A DNA stretch of 63,957 nt, filler included, from Octopus bimaculoides (lineage: Eukaryota): NCBI RefSeq assembly GCF_001194135.2. It is 5 parts of 4 records of this genome, joined end to end, with 100 filler letters (N's around TTAATTAATTAA, not from the genome) between each part and the next. Parts side by side here need not be neighbours in the genome. Positions count along the whole stretch, not along the records: positions 39,070 to 51,215 come from NC_068991.1; positions 51,316 to 59,116 come from NC_068984.1; 3 more parts are not named here. The stretch is one strand, 5' to 3'. The notes below the pieces were generated by a model that was not told the DNA's origin, did no database searches, and saw only the letters and a list, made by a program, of their open reading frames with translations. Numbering within the stretch: the stretch's first letter is position 1; every line of letters starts with the position of its first letter. This document shows, piece by piece, positions 40,290-52,609 of the stretch. A program made the position numbers and the translations under genes.

Positions 40290-40520
40290 ACACCGTTGCC
40301 AGTACCGTGGGACTGGCCCTCGTGCCAGTGGCACGTAAAAGCACCCACTACACTCTTAGAGTGGTTGGCGTTAGGAAAGGCATCCAGCTGTAGAAACTCT
40401 ACCAGATCAGATTGGAGCCTGGTGCAGCCTTCTGGCTTGCCAGTCCTCAGTCAAACCGTCCAACCCATACCAGCATAGAAAGCGGACGTTAAACGATAAT
40501 GATGAATGATGATGTACATA
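40290..40520 (+). mobile_element. SINE family D
   Basis: GAGTGGTTGGCGTTAGGAAAGGCATCCAGCTGTAGAAAC...GCGGACGTTAAACGATAATGAT. Confidence 0.75.
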
Positions 40521-41876
40521 CTTATATCTATATGTATATATATGCATATGAGGGCACAGGACGTCACAAAACATGTACAACAAAAAAATACAAAGCATGA
40601 GTACATGGAACATGAACTATTCTTTCGAACAACAAAAGACACAAATGGAAAACAAGACAAACAACATAAAGAACGACACTTCATCAGTTGTTGGCTGTTT
40701 TTCTAGTCTCGTATTTCGAGCATTTAACAATAATATACGCTTTCGATAAAACAGTAGCTCCTGCAAAGCAAATTGAATAAAATTTGGGATTTTGAGGAGG
40801 GTCAAAATTGGTAATACAAACAGGACAGTGAAAACAAACAGGAAGGGCTGCTAAGTTTAAACGAGGTTGTGGTGGCGAACACGTATAACAAGCTTGTATA
40901 CCTTTTGGTTGTACATGTTTCCTTCTACCAAATCCACTCACAAGGCTTTGGTCGGCCCGTGGCTATAGTAGAAGACACTTGCCCAAGATGCCACACAGTG
41001 GGAATGAACCCAGAACCATGTGGTTGGTAGGCAAGCTACTTACCACACAACCACTCCTTTGCCTACATATATANNNNNNNNNNNNNNNNNNNNNNNNNNN
41101 NNNNNNNNNNNNNNNNNNNNNNNNNNNNNNNNNNNNNNNNNNNNNNNNNNNNNNNNNNNNNNNNNNNNNNNNNNNNNNNNNNNNNNNNNNNNNNNNNNNN
41201 NNNNNNNNNNNNNNNNNNNNNNNNNNNNNNNNNNNNNNNNNNNNNNNNNNNNNNNNNNNNNNNNNNNNNNNNNNNNNNNNNNNNNNNNNNNNNNNNNNNN
41301 NNNNNNNNNNNNNNNNNNNNNNNNNNNNNNNNNNNNNNNNNNNNNNNNNNNNNNNNNNNNNNNNNNNNNNNNNNNNNNNNNNNNNNNNNNNNNNNNNNNN
41401 NNNNNNNNNNNNNNNNNNNNNNNNNNNNNNNNNNNNNNNNNNNNNNNNNNNNNNNNNNNNNNNNNNNNNNNNNNNNNNNNNNNNNNNNNNNNNNNNNNNN
41501 NNNNNNNNNNNNNNNNNNNNNNNNNNNNNNNNNNNNNNNNNNNNNNNNNNNNNNNNNNNNNNNNNNNNNNNNNNNNNNNNNNNNNNNNNNNNNNNNNNNN
41601 NNNNNNNNNNNNNNNNNNNNNNNNNNNNNNNNNNNNNNNNNNNNNNNNNNNNNNNNNNNNNNNNNNNNNNNNNNNNNNNNNNNNNNNNNNNNNNNNNNNN
41701 NNNNNNNNNNNNNNNNNNNNNNNNNNNNNNNNNNNNNNNNNNNNNNNNNNNNNNNNNNNNNNNNNNNNNNNNNNNNNNNNNNNNNNNNNNNNNNNNNNNN
41801 NNNNNNNNNNNNNNNNNNNNNNNNNNNNNGGGACAAAATCCAAAATTACAGGTAAAAACTTGGTTATTTTCCCTAA

Positions 41877-41946
<70 letters not shown>

Positions 41947-42625
41947 TATCAATCCTGAAGGCTGAAAGACAAAATCAACCCTCAGCAGAACCTGAACTGA
42001 GAACGTAAAGATGGATGAAGTCTTCCTAAGCATTTTGTCTACTGCCTTCACTTCCTATGGGTCATAGACCATTGATGATTTTCTCTATTGTTCTTGATTC
42101 TGGATTATCTTTTCTGCTTCTCTCCAGTTGGATCCCTGTTTTTCTATTCTGCCTCAGTATCCCACCTCCACCTATTTCTCTTCCGCCTCTCTTGTTCATA
42201 TGTTTCCCTAAATAAGATGAATGAATCAGCCTCAAATCAGCTTCCATGTTGACAGGAGAAAATTCAGCCAAACAGCCCATTACAGTCCAGCTACTGCTTG
42301 CATGGTGATGATTATGAACATAGTCAAACTCAGACGGTAACTGAAATAAGAATATGAGAGCCCAGTTACCCCTACAGGCACATAGAGAAGCATACAGAGT
42401 TATTAAAATAGCTACAACCAAGAGAAAAACATTGTGCACACAGAAATTTCTTTAAGTATATTCTAATGTCTGATCAAATGCTCCAGGCATTAACAGGAAA
42501 GTAATTAAGTATCATTTACTTTCCCATTATTCCAAACTAGATGTAGCAATTTTATCATTTTACTTCATTTCCCCACCCTTTCTGCAAATGAAACAATACA
42601 AAACCTTTTATCTTCTTGTTTGAAG

Positions 42626-42723
42626 TAGTATAATGAAATGCAAACATTGTGTATGCACTGATGACACACACTATGATGAAACAGGGCTGTCTGTACATAA
42701 TTTATGTATAAGTCTTTGTTCAA
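42626..42723 (+). CDS. Candidate Cys-rich internal exon, unverified
   Basis: Pyrimidine tract plus GAAG acceptor; SIMKCKHCVCTDDTHYDETGLSVHNLCISLCS; GTAAAC donor; no recognised homology. Confidence 0.2.
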
Positions 42724-43663
42724 GTAAACTACATCTGCATCACACAGATGAGTATAACATGTCATAGTTTTCCCATTCTTCATTACCTGTTAGACTACTT
42801 TTTTCTTCCTTCTTTAAAGAATTTGTCAAATTCTGTAGAGGAGGAATGAGATTAGTTTTGAAAGAGTCATTTTCTTTATGAAATAAATATTTTCATTCTG
42901 CATTAATACAGTGAATTCTTTGCCTCAAACTGTATTTTAAAATGTACATGGACTTAAATTGATTTTTAAATAACGGTATCATGTAATAATTATGTGTGCG
43001 TGTGTGTGTGCATGTGTGTGTATACACGAGCGTGTGTGTATGTGTTTGTGTGTGTGTATACACAAGCGTGTTGACAAAGAAAACAAAGTAGTCTTGAATA
43101 CATTTGGTAAGAGTTACATATATTCTTAATAACAGTTTGTCTTAGTACCACTGACTTGAAATTTTGTTGGGTACGTAGGTCTAACCCATCCCATCAGATG
43201 TTAGGGGAAGATTGAGAGAATTGAAATAAATTCAAAAAGGCTTCTAGGTGTTGGGCCTCTATTGGTCAACTCAGGCCCCATGGTAATAATGCTATGAAAA
43301 CAACATCAGCTATTTTCTTTATTTTCAGGCCCATGTGCTTGGACATGATATTGACAGGATGCTGTTGCCATTTTGGCAGCAGTTAGTGGTATAATATATT
43401 CAACAACATCAATCCCTTGTATTGAGTACTGCACATGGCACGGTAGGATGCTGGTATGGGTTAGTGGTTTAGTCATTGTTCTGTGGAATTTGAATACATT
43501 AGCAGATAAAACTTAGACAAAAACTTAGATATGTTTCGACCAAAGATTGGTCCAGGCCATGTCTAACTTAATAGCACCCCCTGATAGGATTATCTAAATC
43601 CTTTTTAAGTCAAGTTTTGTTTAATGTTTTTAAATAATGATATGTAATAATTATGTGTGTATG

Positions 43664-43709
<46 letters not shown>

Positions 43710-43733
43710 NNNNNNNNNNTATGTGTATGTGCA

Positions 43734-43739
<6 letters not shown>

Positions 43740-43772
<33 letters not shown>

Positions 43773-44188
43773 AAGAGAGAGAATGAGAGAGTGAGAAAGA
43801 GGGAGAGAGAGAGAAAGATAGATAGATAGAGAGAGAGAGAATGAGAGAGGGAATGAGAGAGGATATGTGTGTGTATGAGAGAGAGAGAGAAAAAGAGAAA
43901 GAGAGAAAGAGAGAAAGTATGAGAGAGAGAAAGATGAGAGAGAGAGAAAGATGAGAGAGAGAGAAAGAAGGAGAGAGAGAGAAAGAGAGAGAGAATGAGA
44001 AAGGATGTGTGTGAGAGAGAGAGAGAAAGAGAGAGAAAAAGTGACAGAGAATGAGAGATGTGAGAGAGGGAGAGAGAGAGTGAGAACGAGAGAGAGAATG
44101 AGAGAGAAAGAGAAAGAAAGAGAAAAAGAGAGAGTGAGAAAAAGAGAGAGGGAGAAAGAGAAAGAAAAAGAGAGAGAATTAGAGAGGA

Positions 44189-44222
<34 letters not shown>

Positions 44223-44225
44223 GGT
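43740..44225. repeat. Compound (GA)n/(GT)n purine-rich tract
   Basis: Direct reading. Confidence 0.9.
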
Positions 44226-44592
44226 ATGTTGGAAGATATGGCTATAAGGTTTTCTTATGCTGCTGATTCTATGCTGCAATGGACAGGTGTAATTGATTGA
44301 ATTACCTTTAGTTCATAGCAACAACTTGCAGACTTTGAAGGGATGTGAAGTGAACTTGACCCTCTGAAGACTTCAGTTTGGTATACATTAAACACTAAGG
44401 AAATATTTAAAGATAATAGGTGAGGGTGTGGCTGTGTGGTTAAGAAGCTCGCTTTGCAGTCTCACATAGTTTTAGGTTCAGTTCCATGGTGCAGCATCCT
44501 GAGCAAGTGGGCCTTACGAGTATATTTGGTAGACAGAATCTGTATGGAAGCCTGTTGTGTGTGAATACATACACACATATGTATATGTCATC

Positions 44593-44632
<40 letters not shown>

Positions 44633-44919
44633 TCAGCATCATCATTTAATGTCTGTTGTCCATACAAGCTTGGGGTGGCTTGTTTGACCAGGGTTGGTCA
44701 GCTGAGGGGCTGCACCAGATTCCAGTATGATTTGGCATGATTTCTACGGTTGAATGCCCTTCCTAATGCCAACCACTCTGAGAGTGTAATGGGTGCTTTA
44801 ACATGCCACTGGCATGGGTGCCAGTTGCGTGACACCAATATTTGCCAGGACTATGGTTTCACTTGGCTTGATGGATCTTCTTCTCAACCACAGCATATTG
44901 TCATTTGTCATTGCTCCCA

Positions 44920-44983
<64 letters not shown>

Positions 44984-45350
44984 TTTTATTCTTTTACTTG
45001 TTTCAGTCATTTGACTGCGGCCATGCTGGAGCACCACCTTTAGTCGAACGAATCGACCCCAGGACTTATTCTTTGTAAACCTAGCACTATCAGTCTTTTT
45101 TGCCTATCTGTTAAGTTACAGGGATGCAAACACACCAACATCAATTTTCAAGCGATGTTGGTGGTGGTGGGGGAAACACAGACACACACACACACGCACG
45201 CACATACACATATATATATACAACAAACACAGACACAAAGACATACATATATATTATATGAATTTAAAAATAGGATAAAATCTTTATAAGAATTTATCAA
45301 GTAATCAGTATGAAAAAACCTCATAAGGGAAATATAATTATTCCCTTTAA

Positions 45351-45513
45351 ATATATTTATTTATATGAAAGGCATTCCTACACATAAATGCTATGAGGGA
45401 CTCCTTAAGTCAAAACTACCATAATAAATTTATTGTGGTAGTTTTGACTTTAAGAGTCCCTCATAGCATGAGGCATTTATGTGTAGTAATGCCCTTCATA
45501 TAAATAAATATAT
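45351..45513. repeat. Near-perfect palindrome of about 160 bp with no loop (MITE-like)
   Basis: Arms ATATATTTATTTATATGAAAGGCATT...CAAAACTACCATAATAAA / TTTATTGTGGTAGTTTTG...CCTTCATATAAATAAATATAT with a 5-nt bulge. Confidence 0.85.
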
Positions 45514-45699
45514 GTTACATATATATATATATATATACACACACATACATATATAACAGACTTCTTTCAATTTCCATCTACGAACTCCACTAACAAGGCT
45601 TTGGTGGGCCTGAGGCTGTAGTAGAAGACACTTGCCCAAGGTGCCACACAGTGGGACTGAACCTGGAAGCAAGCTTCTTACCACACATGCACACACATA

Positions 45700-45807
<108 letters not shown>

Positions 45808-46332
45808 TATATATGCATATACACATACGCACATATGCATACATGGTGAGCTGCTGATTAGTGCAATCTGTTATAGTACAAAGATGGGAATATAAGAATG
45901 ACCTGTGTCTTTTGTCATTTCAAAATACAGTGAATAGCTTCCTTATAGGTTTGAATATGCCTGAAGCATACTTCAACTGTTAACAAGTTTGTAGTCATAC
46001 ACATCATTGCTTAGCATTTTTATTGCATATTTTATTTATGGAGAGCTACCAATTAGTGCAACCAGTGCACCAATTAGTGATGACGAGAATATAATAAGAG
46101 GAACCTGTCTCTTGTGTCAGTTTGTAGCATCTACTTTTCCAGTCTCTGGTGCTGAAGAAGTGATAACCACTCCAAAATGCATGCATCCACCACTCTGGTT
46201 AGGTGGGTGATGTTGTGGACTGACTTGGTGTGTTTACTCCTATTTGTCTACAGTGAGAAGTTTTTATACATTGTTTACATTATTTACATTATTTACATTT
46301 GACGGATATTTGTCCTCATCTTCTTTGTTATT

Positions 46333-46378
46333 AACACAACGTTTCAGCTGTTATACCCTCCAGCCTTCATCAGGTGTC
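46333..46378 (-). ncRNA. Minimal type I hammerhead ribozyme, intact core
   Basis: GACAC-CUGAUGA-A-GGCUG(10 nt)CAGCU-GAA-ACGU-U-GUGUU: 5-bp stem I, 5-bp stem II, palindromic ACGU stem III, GUU cleavage triplet. Confidence 0.8.
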
Positions 46379-46436
46379 TTGGGGAAATTTTGAACCTGGG
46401 TTCTCATTCCTAAGGTCTTTTTCGATGTCGTCGTCG

Positions 46437-46521
<85 letters not shown>

Positions 46522-46780
46522 TATTATTCAGGTCACTGCCTGGAATCGAACTCGGAATCTGAACCACTACGCCATATGCCTGCGGGTAATTATGGAGTGA
46601 ATGTTAGGGCTTATAAATCTAATATTTTCCTATCCTTCCTTAATACTGGTTCCCATCTGCTATTCATATCTGCACTCGATCTGCTTAGGAGGTTGTTGTG
46701 TCCTAGCATATGTGCTGTTTCTTTTAGTTTTCGTATTTTCCAGTGGTGTTCTCTGTCTATTATTGTAACTTCATCCCACA

Positions 46781-46826
46781 GACACCCGATGAAGACTGGC
46801 GGGTATATCAGCTGAAACGTTGTGTT
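46781..46826 (+). ncRNA. Inverted hammerhead copy (U4C core change)
   Basis: GACAC-CCGAUGA-AGACUG...CAGCU-GAAACGU-U-GUGUU. Confidence 0.7.
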
Positions 46827-46987
46827 AGAATCAAACAAGATGAGGAAAAATATCCGTCAAATGTAAATAATGTAAATGATGTAAATAATGTCCCTAATTC
46901 CTCATCTCTTAAATATAGAACTGTAGTGAGAAGTTTTCTCAATGACTTTTTAACAAGTTCGAATACTCCTGAAGTATATTTGAACTG

Positions 46988-47241
46988 GTAACAAATTTGT
47001 ATAAATACGTACATACATACATACATACATTCAAACATTCAAGCATGCATGCATACATACATACATACATACATACAAACATGCATACATACATACATAC
47101 ATACATATATACATGCATGCATGCATACATACATACATACATACATACAAACATGCATACATACATACATACATACAAACATGCATACATACATACATAC
47201 ATACATACATACATACATACATACAAACATGCATACATGCA

Positions 47242-47275
<34 letters not shown>

Positions 47276-47460
47276 CATGCATGCATGCATACATACATAC
47301 ATACATACATATATACAAACATGCATACATACATACATACATACATACATACATACAAACATGCATACATACAAACATGCATACATACATACATACATAC
47401 ATATATACATGCATGCATGCATGCATGCATACATACATACATACATACATACATACATGC

Positions 47461-47505
<45 letters not shown>
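46988..47505. repeat. Complex (TACA)n satellite with interspersed AACATGC/CATG variants, then (GT)n
   Basis: Direct reading. Confidence 0.9.
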
Positions 47506-47511
<6 letters not shown>

Positions 47512-48449
47512 TGTGTTTGTGCTCTGCCACTATCATTGCTTGACAACTGGTGTTGGCTTGCTTATGGCTCTGTTACTTAGCAGTTCAGTAAAAGATATTG
47601 ATAGAATGAATACCTGACTTAAAAATAAGTACAGGGAATGATTTGTCTTCAGGTATGGTGCCCCAGCATGACTGTAGTCTAATGGCTGAAACAAGTAAAA
47701 GATTAAAGATAAAAGAATAATACAGTGCTTCAACATTTCTATCAACACTCACCACCCCTATTCGATCCTTTAGCAATCAAACTTGCTAAATCAATCAAAT
47801 GAATATTGTCAGTCAAGGTGACTGAGGTAAGCTGTGTTAATATGTCTTGTATAGGAACAGAACACAAACACATAAAACAATAAGCACAACTTGAAAGAAA
47901 CAAGCTCATAGCCATAGAGAAACTTAGAGATTTCAACAAAAAAAAAAAAAGAAAAAGAAAAAGAAAAAAAACCTAAATAAATCTATTATCTACAGTTTCT
48001 AATTTCATCTTGTTAAAGCAAAGATGTTGGTTTTGTTGCTATTGTTGTTGTTTCTAGCTGAATCTTCAGACCATCTTTTCAAGAAAAATTTTATTTATGA
48101 CAGAACAATTGTTCTTTTGTTAAACAAGTTGTAAGAATTCTTTAGTTTGAAACATATTGATTTGCACACAAACTGTGTTTAACAAAACAGTATAGTATAC
48201 CAATGTTAACATCTTATTTCTTTACTACCAAAGTGTATTGAAGTACTATATTTTGGTGCATGTATAGCTTAGTAACTAATCAGTTTACAGATTACCTACT
48301 AATGTCACTAGCACCACAGTTTGCATAGCAGTTTTCTTGGTTACCTCTGTCACTCTGATTTTGATAGTTTCATATTATTTATATAAGTGAAATGCAGTGT
48401 TATATAACGAAAATCACAACACTCTGAAGAAACTAGTCTCACTTATGTT

Positions 48450-48621
48450 TTTGCAACATGCTGGAGCACTGCCTTTAGTCGAGCAAATCGACCCCAGGAC
48501 TTATTCTTTGTAAGCCTAGTCTCTTTTGCCGAACCGCCAAGTTACGGGAACGTAAACACACCAGCATCGGTTGTCAAGCGATGTTGGGGGGACAAACACA
48601 GACACACAAACACACACACAC

Positions 48622-48653
<32 letters not shown>

Positions 48654-48820
48654 GACAGGCTTCTTTCAGTTTCCGTCTACTAAATCCACTCACAAGGCTT
48701 TGGTCAGCCTGAGGCTATAGCAGAAGACACTTGCCCAAGGTGCTGCACCATGGGACTGAACCCAAAACCACATGGTTGCAAAGCAAGCTTCTTAACCACA
48801 CAACCATGCTTGTGCCTACT
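48450..48820 (-). mobile_element. SINE family A, near full length
   Basis: 3' GCTGGAGCACTGCCTTTAGTCGAGCAAATCGACCCCAGG through to head CACTTGCCCAAGGTGC...AACCACATGG. Confidence 0.8.
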
Positions 48821-49074
48821 TGGTAATTTTCTTTTTACACATTTCACAAGAAAAAAAAAAAAAGATCTGAGCCCAAAATGCTTACATTTTATTTCTCCGT
48901 TTCTCAGTACAAAATAATAATAATACCTGGATTATTAGCAGTACTATATGATAATACCGGATTATTAGCAGTAGATTAATATTTATTGTTGTTTAGCTGG
49001 AGATGAGGCCAGATTAAGCAGACTTATGAATGAAGTTTTTCAGCAGTGACCATTAGACATAATGTGTATTTAAG

Positions 49075-49335
49075 GGTGGAAGCATGTGGCTGAATAGTTA
49101 GGGTAATCAGCTCACGGTTAGAATGTGGTGATACATTGTGTCCTTGAGCAAGACACTTTTATTTCATGTTGCTTTAGTTCACTCAGATGACAAAAATGAG
49201 TAGTTCTTGTATTTCAAAGGGCTGGCCTTGTCACACTTTGTGTCATACTAAATCTCCCCGAGAACTACATTAAGGGTACACATGTCTGTGGAGTGCTCAG
49301 CCACATGCATGTTAATTTCTATTGATCAAATCAGC
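49075..49335 (+). mobile_element. SINE with a different head plus CORE-like block, joined to the family E body
   Basis: GTGTCCTTGAGCAAGACACTT...then GTATTTCAAAGGG...GAGAACTACATTAAGGGTACACATGTCTGTGGAGTGCTCAGCC as in 546-650. Confidence 0.65.
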
Positions 49336-49589
49336 TGGAAGCAATGGAGTGCTACTTATATTTAAGGATTCATTATCTAAAATGTGCTTTCTTACTTGAA
49401 ATAATATGGTATAATTTGAGGTAGATTTGACTGCTATTTCTAATAGATTCCACTTCCATACCTCTTCTTCTTGTCTCTGAATCCAAACACTCTAATGTAG
49501 TTGTACTCAACAGCTTACTGTAAAGTATAACTAGATGTAAAGTCAAAGGTAACATTACTTTCTCGAGTCATACCGACTCATAATGGCCA

Positions 49590-49856
49590 TTATTTACATT
49601 ATTTACAATTGATGGATATTTGTCCTATTCTTGTTTGTTGTTAACACAACATTTTAGCTGATATACCCTCCAGCCTTCTTCAGGTGTCTTGGGGAAATTT
49701 TGAACCTGAGTTCTCATTCGTAAGGTATTTTTCAATGTTGTTATTATTATTATTACTGCTACGCCATAGCCCATGGGCATATGGCGTAGTGGTTAAGAGC
49801 ACAAGCTACTAACCCCAAGATTCCGAGTTCGATTCCAGGCAGTAACATGAATAATA
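49590..49856. mobile_element. Head-to-head pair of tRNA-head/hammerhead units with no adjacent ORF visible
   Basis: Minus copy 49590-49774 matches 46275-46580 (HHR decayed); plus copy head 49775-49850 has A-box TGGCGTAGTGG and B-box GTTCGATTC, then runs into a gap. Confidence 0.75.
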
Positions 49857-50516
49857 NNNNNNNNNNNNNNNNNNNNNNNNNNNNNNNNNNNNNNNNNNNN
49901 NNNNNNNNNNNNNNNNNNNNNNNNNNNNNNNNNNNNNNNNNNNNNNNNNNNNNNNNNNNNNNNNNNNNNNNNNNNNNNNNNNNNNNNNNNNNNNNNNNNN
50001 NNNNNNNNNNNNNNNNNNNNNNNNNNNNNNNNNNNNNNNNNNNNNNNNNNNNNNNNNNNNNNNNNNNNNNNNNNNNNNNNNNNNNNNNNNNNNNNNNNNN
50101 NNNNNNNNNNNNNNNNNNNNNNNNNNNNNNNNNNNNNNNNNNNNNNNNNNNNNNNNNNNNNNNNNNNNNNNNNNNNNNNNNNNNNNNNNNNNNNNNNNNN
50201 NNNNNNNNNNNNNNNNNNNNNNNNNNNNNNNNNNNNNNNNNNNNNNNNNNNNNNNNNNNNNNNNNNNNNNNNNNNNNNNNNNNNNNNNNNNNNNNNNNNN
50301 NNNNNNNNNNNNNNNNNNNNNNNNNNNNNNNNNNNNNNNNNNNNNNNNNNNNNNNNNNNNNNNNNNNNNNNNNNNNNNNNNNNNNNNNNNNNNNNNNNNN
50401 NNNNNNNNNNNNNNNNNNNNNNNNNNNNNNNNNNNNNNNNNNNNNNNNNNNNNNNNNNNNNNNNNNNNNNNNNNNNNNNNNNNNNNNNNNNNNNNNNNNN
50501 NNNNNNNNNNNNNNNN

Positions 50517-50549
<33 letters not shown>

Positions 50550-50565
50550 TTATCTATCTATCTAC

Positions 50566-50626
<61 letters not shown>

Positions 50627-51019
50627 CATCCATTTATCTCTGTGTGTGTGTGTGTGTGTATGTGTGTCTTTGTGTCTGTGTTTGTCCCCACCTACCACTG
50701 CTTGACAACCCTTATTCGTGTGGTTATGTCCTCATAACTTAGTGGTTTGGCTAAAGAAACTGATAGAATAAGTATCAGGCTTAAAAAATGTATGAGGGTT
50801 AATTCATTGGACTAAAACTTTTCAAGATGGTACTCCAGTATGGCCGCAGTCTAGTGACTGAAAGTACAGCAAAAGACTCCCTGAACTAGGGGGAGCAGTA
50901 TTAAATGACAGGTAGGGAAGTGGAAAATGGTGTAGAAGGAGAATGGTGTAGAAGGAGAATGGTGTAGAAGGTGAAACAGCAGTGGTGAGCATGGATAGGT
51001 TGTAGGGGAGGAAGGACTT

Positions 51020-51179
51020 CATCATCATCATCATCATCATTATTTAACGTCCGCTTTCCATGCTAGCATGGGTTGGACGATTTGACTGAGGACTGGTGAA
51101 ACCGGATGGCAACACCAGGCTCCAATCTAAATTTGGCAGAGTTTCTACAGCTGGATGCCCTTCCTAACGCCAACCACTC

Positions 51180-51182
<3 letters not shown>
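51020..51182 (-). mobile_element. SINE family D 3' end, identical to 38663-38801
   Basis: 139 nt identical by eye. Confidence 0.75.
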
Positions 51183-51215
<33 letters not shown>

Positions 51216-51332
51216 NNNNNNNNNNNNNNNNNNNNNNNNNNNNNNNNNNNNNNNNNNNNTTAATTAATTAANNNNNNNNNNNNNNNNNNNNNNNNNNNNN
51301 NNNNNNNNNNNNNNNATATATATATATATATA

Positions 51333-51540
51333 TACGAGGTTTGATCAATAAATAACCGGACTGTTGCCATAGTAACAAAGCTAAAGCATGCAGAGTAAAG
51401 CCGCTTGGCACAGATTGACATTGATCTCTGCTGTGAATGCACACTAAATTTAAACGTTCTAGCTCTCTTCTGCTGTATACAATAGTGATTGGAAGGAAGG
51501 TGTGTAACGTGTGATCGTCGCATTGACCATGACAGAAGTT
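51333..51540 (+). mobile_element. Mariner-like left end (TIR and 5' UTR)
   Basis: TA-CGAGGTTTGATCAATAAATAACCGGACT resembles mariner TIR starts and follows (TA)n; no transposase body. Confidence 0.5.
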
Positions 51541-52034
51541 GTCATGGTGATACCTACACACATAAGTACTGCCAAACACACACACACACACACACACAAG
51601 TACTGTCAAACACACACACATACACGTACATACATCCATATATAAATACATCTGAAAATAACGAATTATAAAGATCGCAAATGTGTACCTGTCTCTCAAA
51701 TTTCCCGAGTACTATGAATATTTAGTGATACTGAACATGTTTGTTAATTTCTCATACCAACTTCTCACGAGATGACATTTGTTGAATATTGTGTAAGGTT
51801 GATCTTACATAATCATTGTGTGATTGCTACTGTAACAAGATGTTATAAGTAAATAATTTCAAATCATATTTTCCAGTGTTTTACTGTGAATCCATACTCT
51901 GTGACCATCCTAACCAGCAAAACTATAGCATGAACTTCCGCTAAAATACGAATTTTTTTTTCCAGGCATCTGGAATAAAAATTTAGTATTTGGAAGTATA
52001 TTTATATCAAAATTTATTGAAACTTTATATTTCG

Positions 52035-52095
<61 letters not shown>

Positions 52096-52319
52096 CACAT
52101 ACACACGCACACACGCTCACACACACACACATGTATATATATGAAACTGTGTGTATGTATACACATGCACGTACATACACACGCCCACACACACATACAC
52201 GCATAGATAAACCATAGCTGTCACTCACCAGTGAGTATGACCTGGTAGCATGTGTCATATTTTCATTAATGCTTTAGATGTCTATATAGTCGCGAATAGG
52301 TACCTTTGCAGTTCTTGTT

Positions 52320-52372
52320 CCAGCTGACATATCTTCGATATTTCAGCGGAATGTCGAAGACATGACAGCTGG
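52320..52372. other. 25-bp stem-loop in apparently unique sequence (miRNA-like candidate)
   Basis: CCAGCTGACATATCTTCGATATTTC-AGC-GGAATGTCGAAGACATGACAGCTGG: 23 of 25 positions pair (2 G-U). Confidence 0.35.
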
Positions 52373-52565
52373 TTGGAGAAATGACTGCTGTGACAGTGAG
52401 ATGGTACTCTGCTGAGTAGGTAAAGTGAAGCCCCTAGCTCAAGGGCACAACTCACCCCACCGTCTAGGAATTAAACTTATGACCTCATGATCGTAAGTCC
52501 AACACTAACCAGTAAACCATGCGACTCAACATGGATAGACTCATCTCCACTCCACACGCACGCAC

Positions 52566-52608
<43 letters not shown>

Positions 52609-52609
52609 A

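Larger units (their letters stand above)
46262..46925 (-). mobile_element. 5'-truncated Penelope-like element with inverted terminal repeat; GIY-YIG C-terminus at 46611-46780
   Basis: WDEVTIIDREHHWKIRKLKETAHML..NNLLSR resembles the PLE endonuclease C-terminus; 46262-46380 is the inverted copy of 46781-46890. Confidence 0.8.

Noticed and set aside
43329-43441. Frame PCAWT*Y*QDAVAILAAVSG.. with two in-frame TGA codons (selenoprotein or edited stops)
   Set aside because: No SECIS or homology seen; other frames or an earlier GTTAGT donor explain it equally well; chance is likely
46939-47617. 160-200 aa His/Thr/Tyr/Cys-rich ORFs in several frames
   Set aside because: (TACA)n satellite lacks stop codons in multiple frames by composition
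49775-49850. Functional tRNA gene with an ACT anticodon
   Set aside because: No acceptor stem and a mispaired anticodon stem; better explained as a retroposon head
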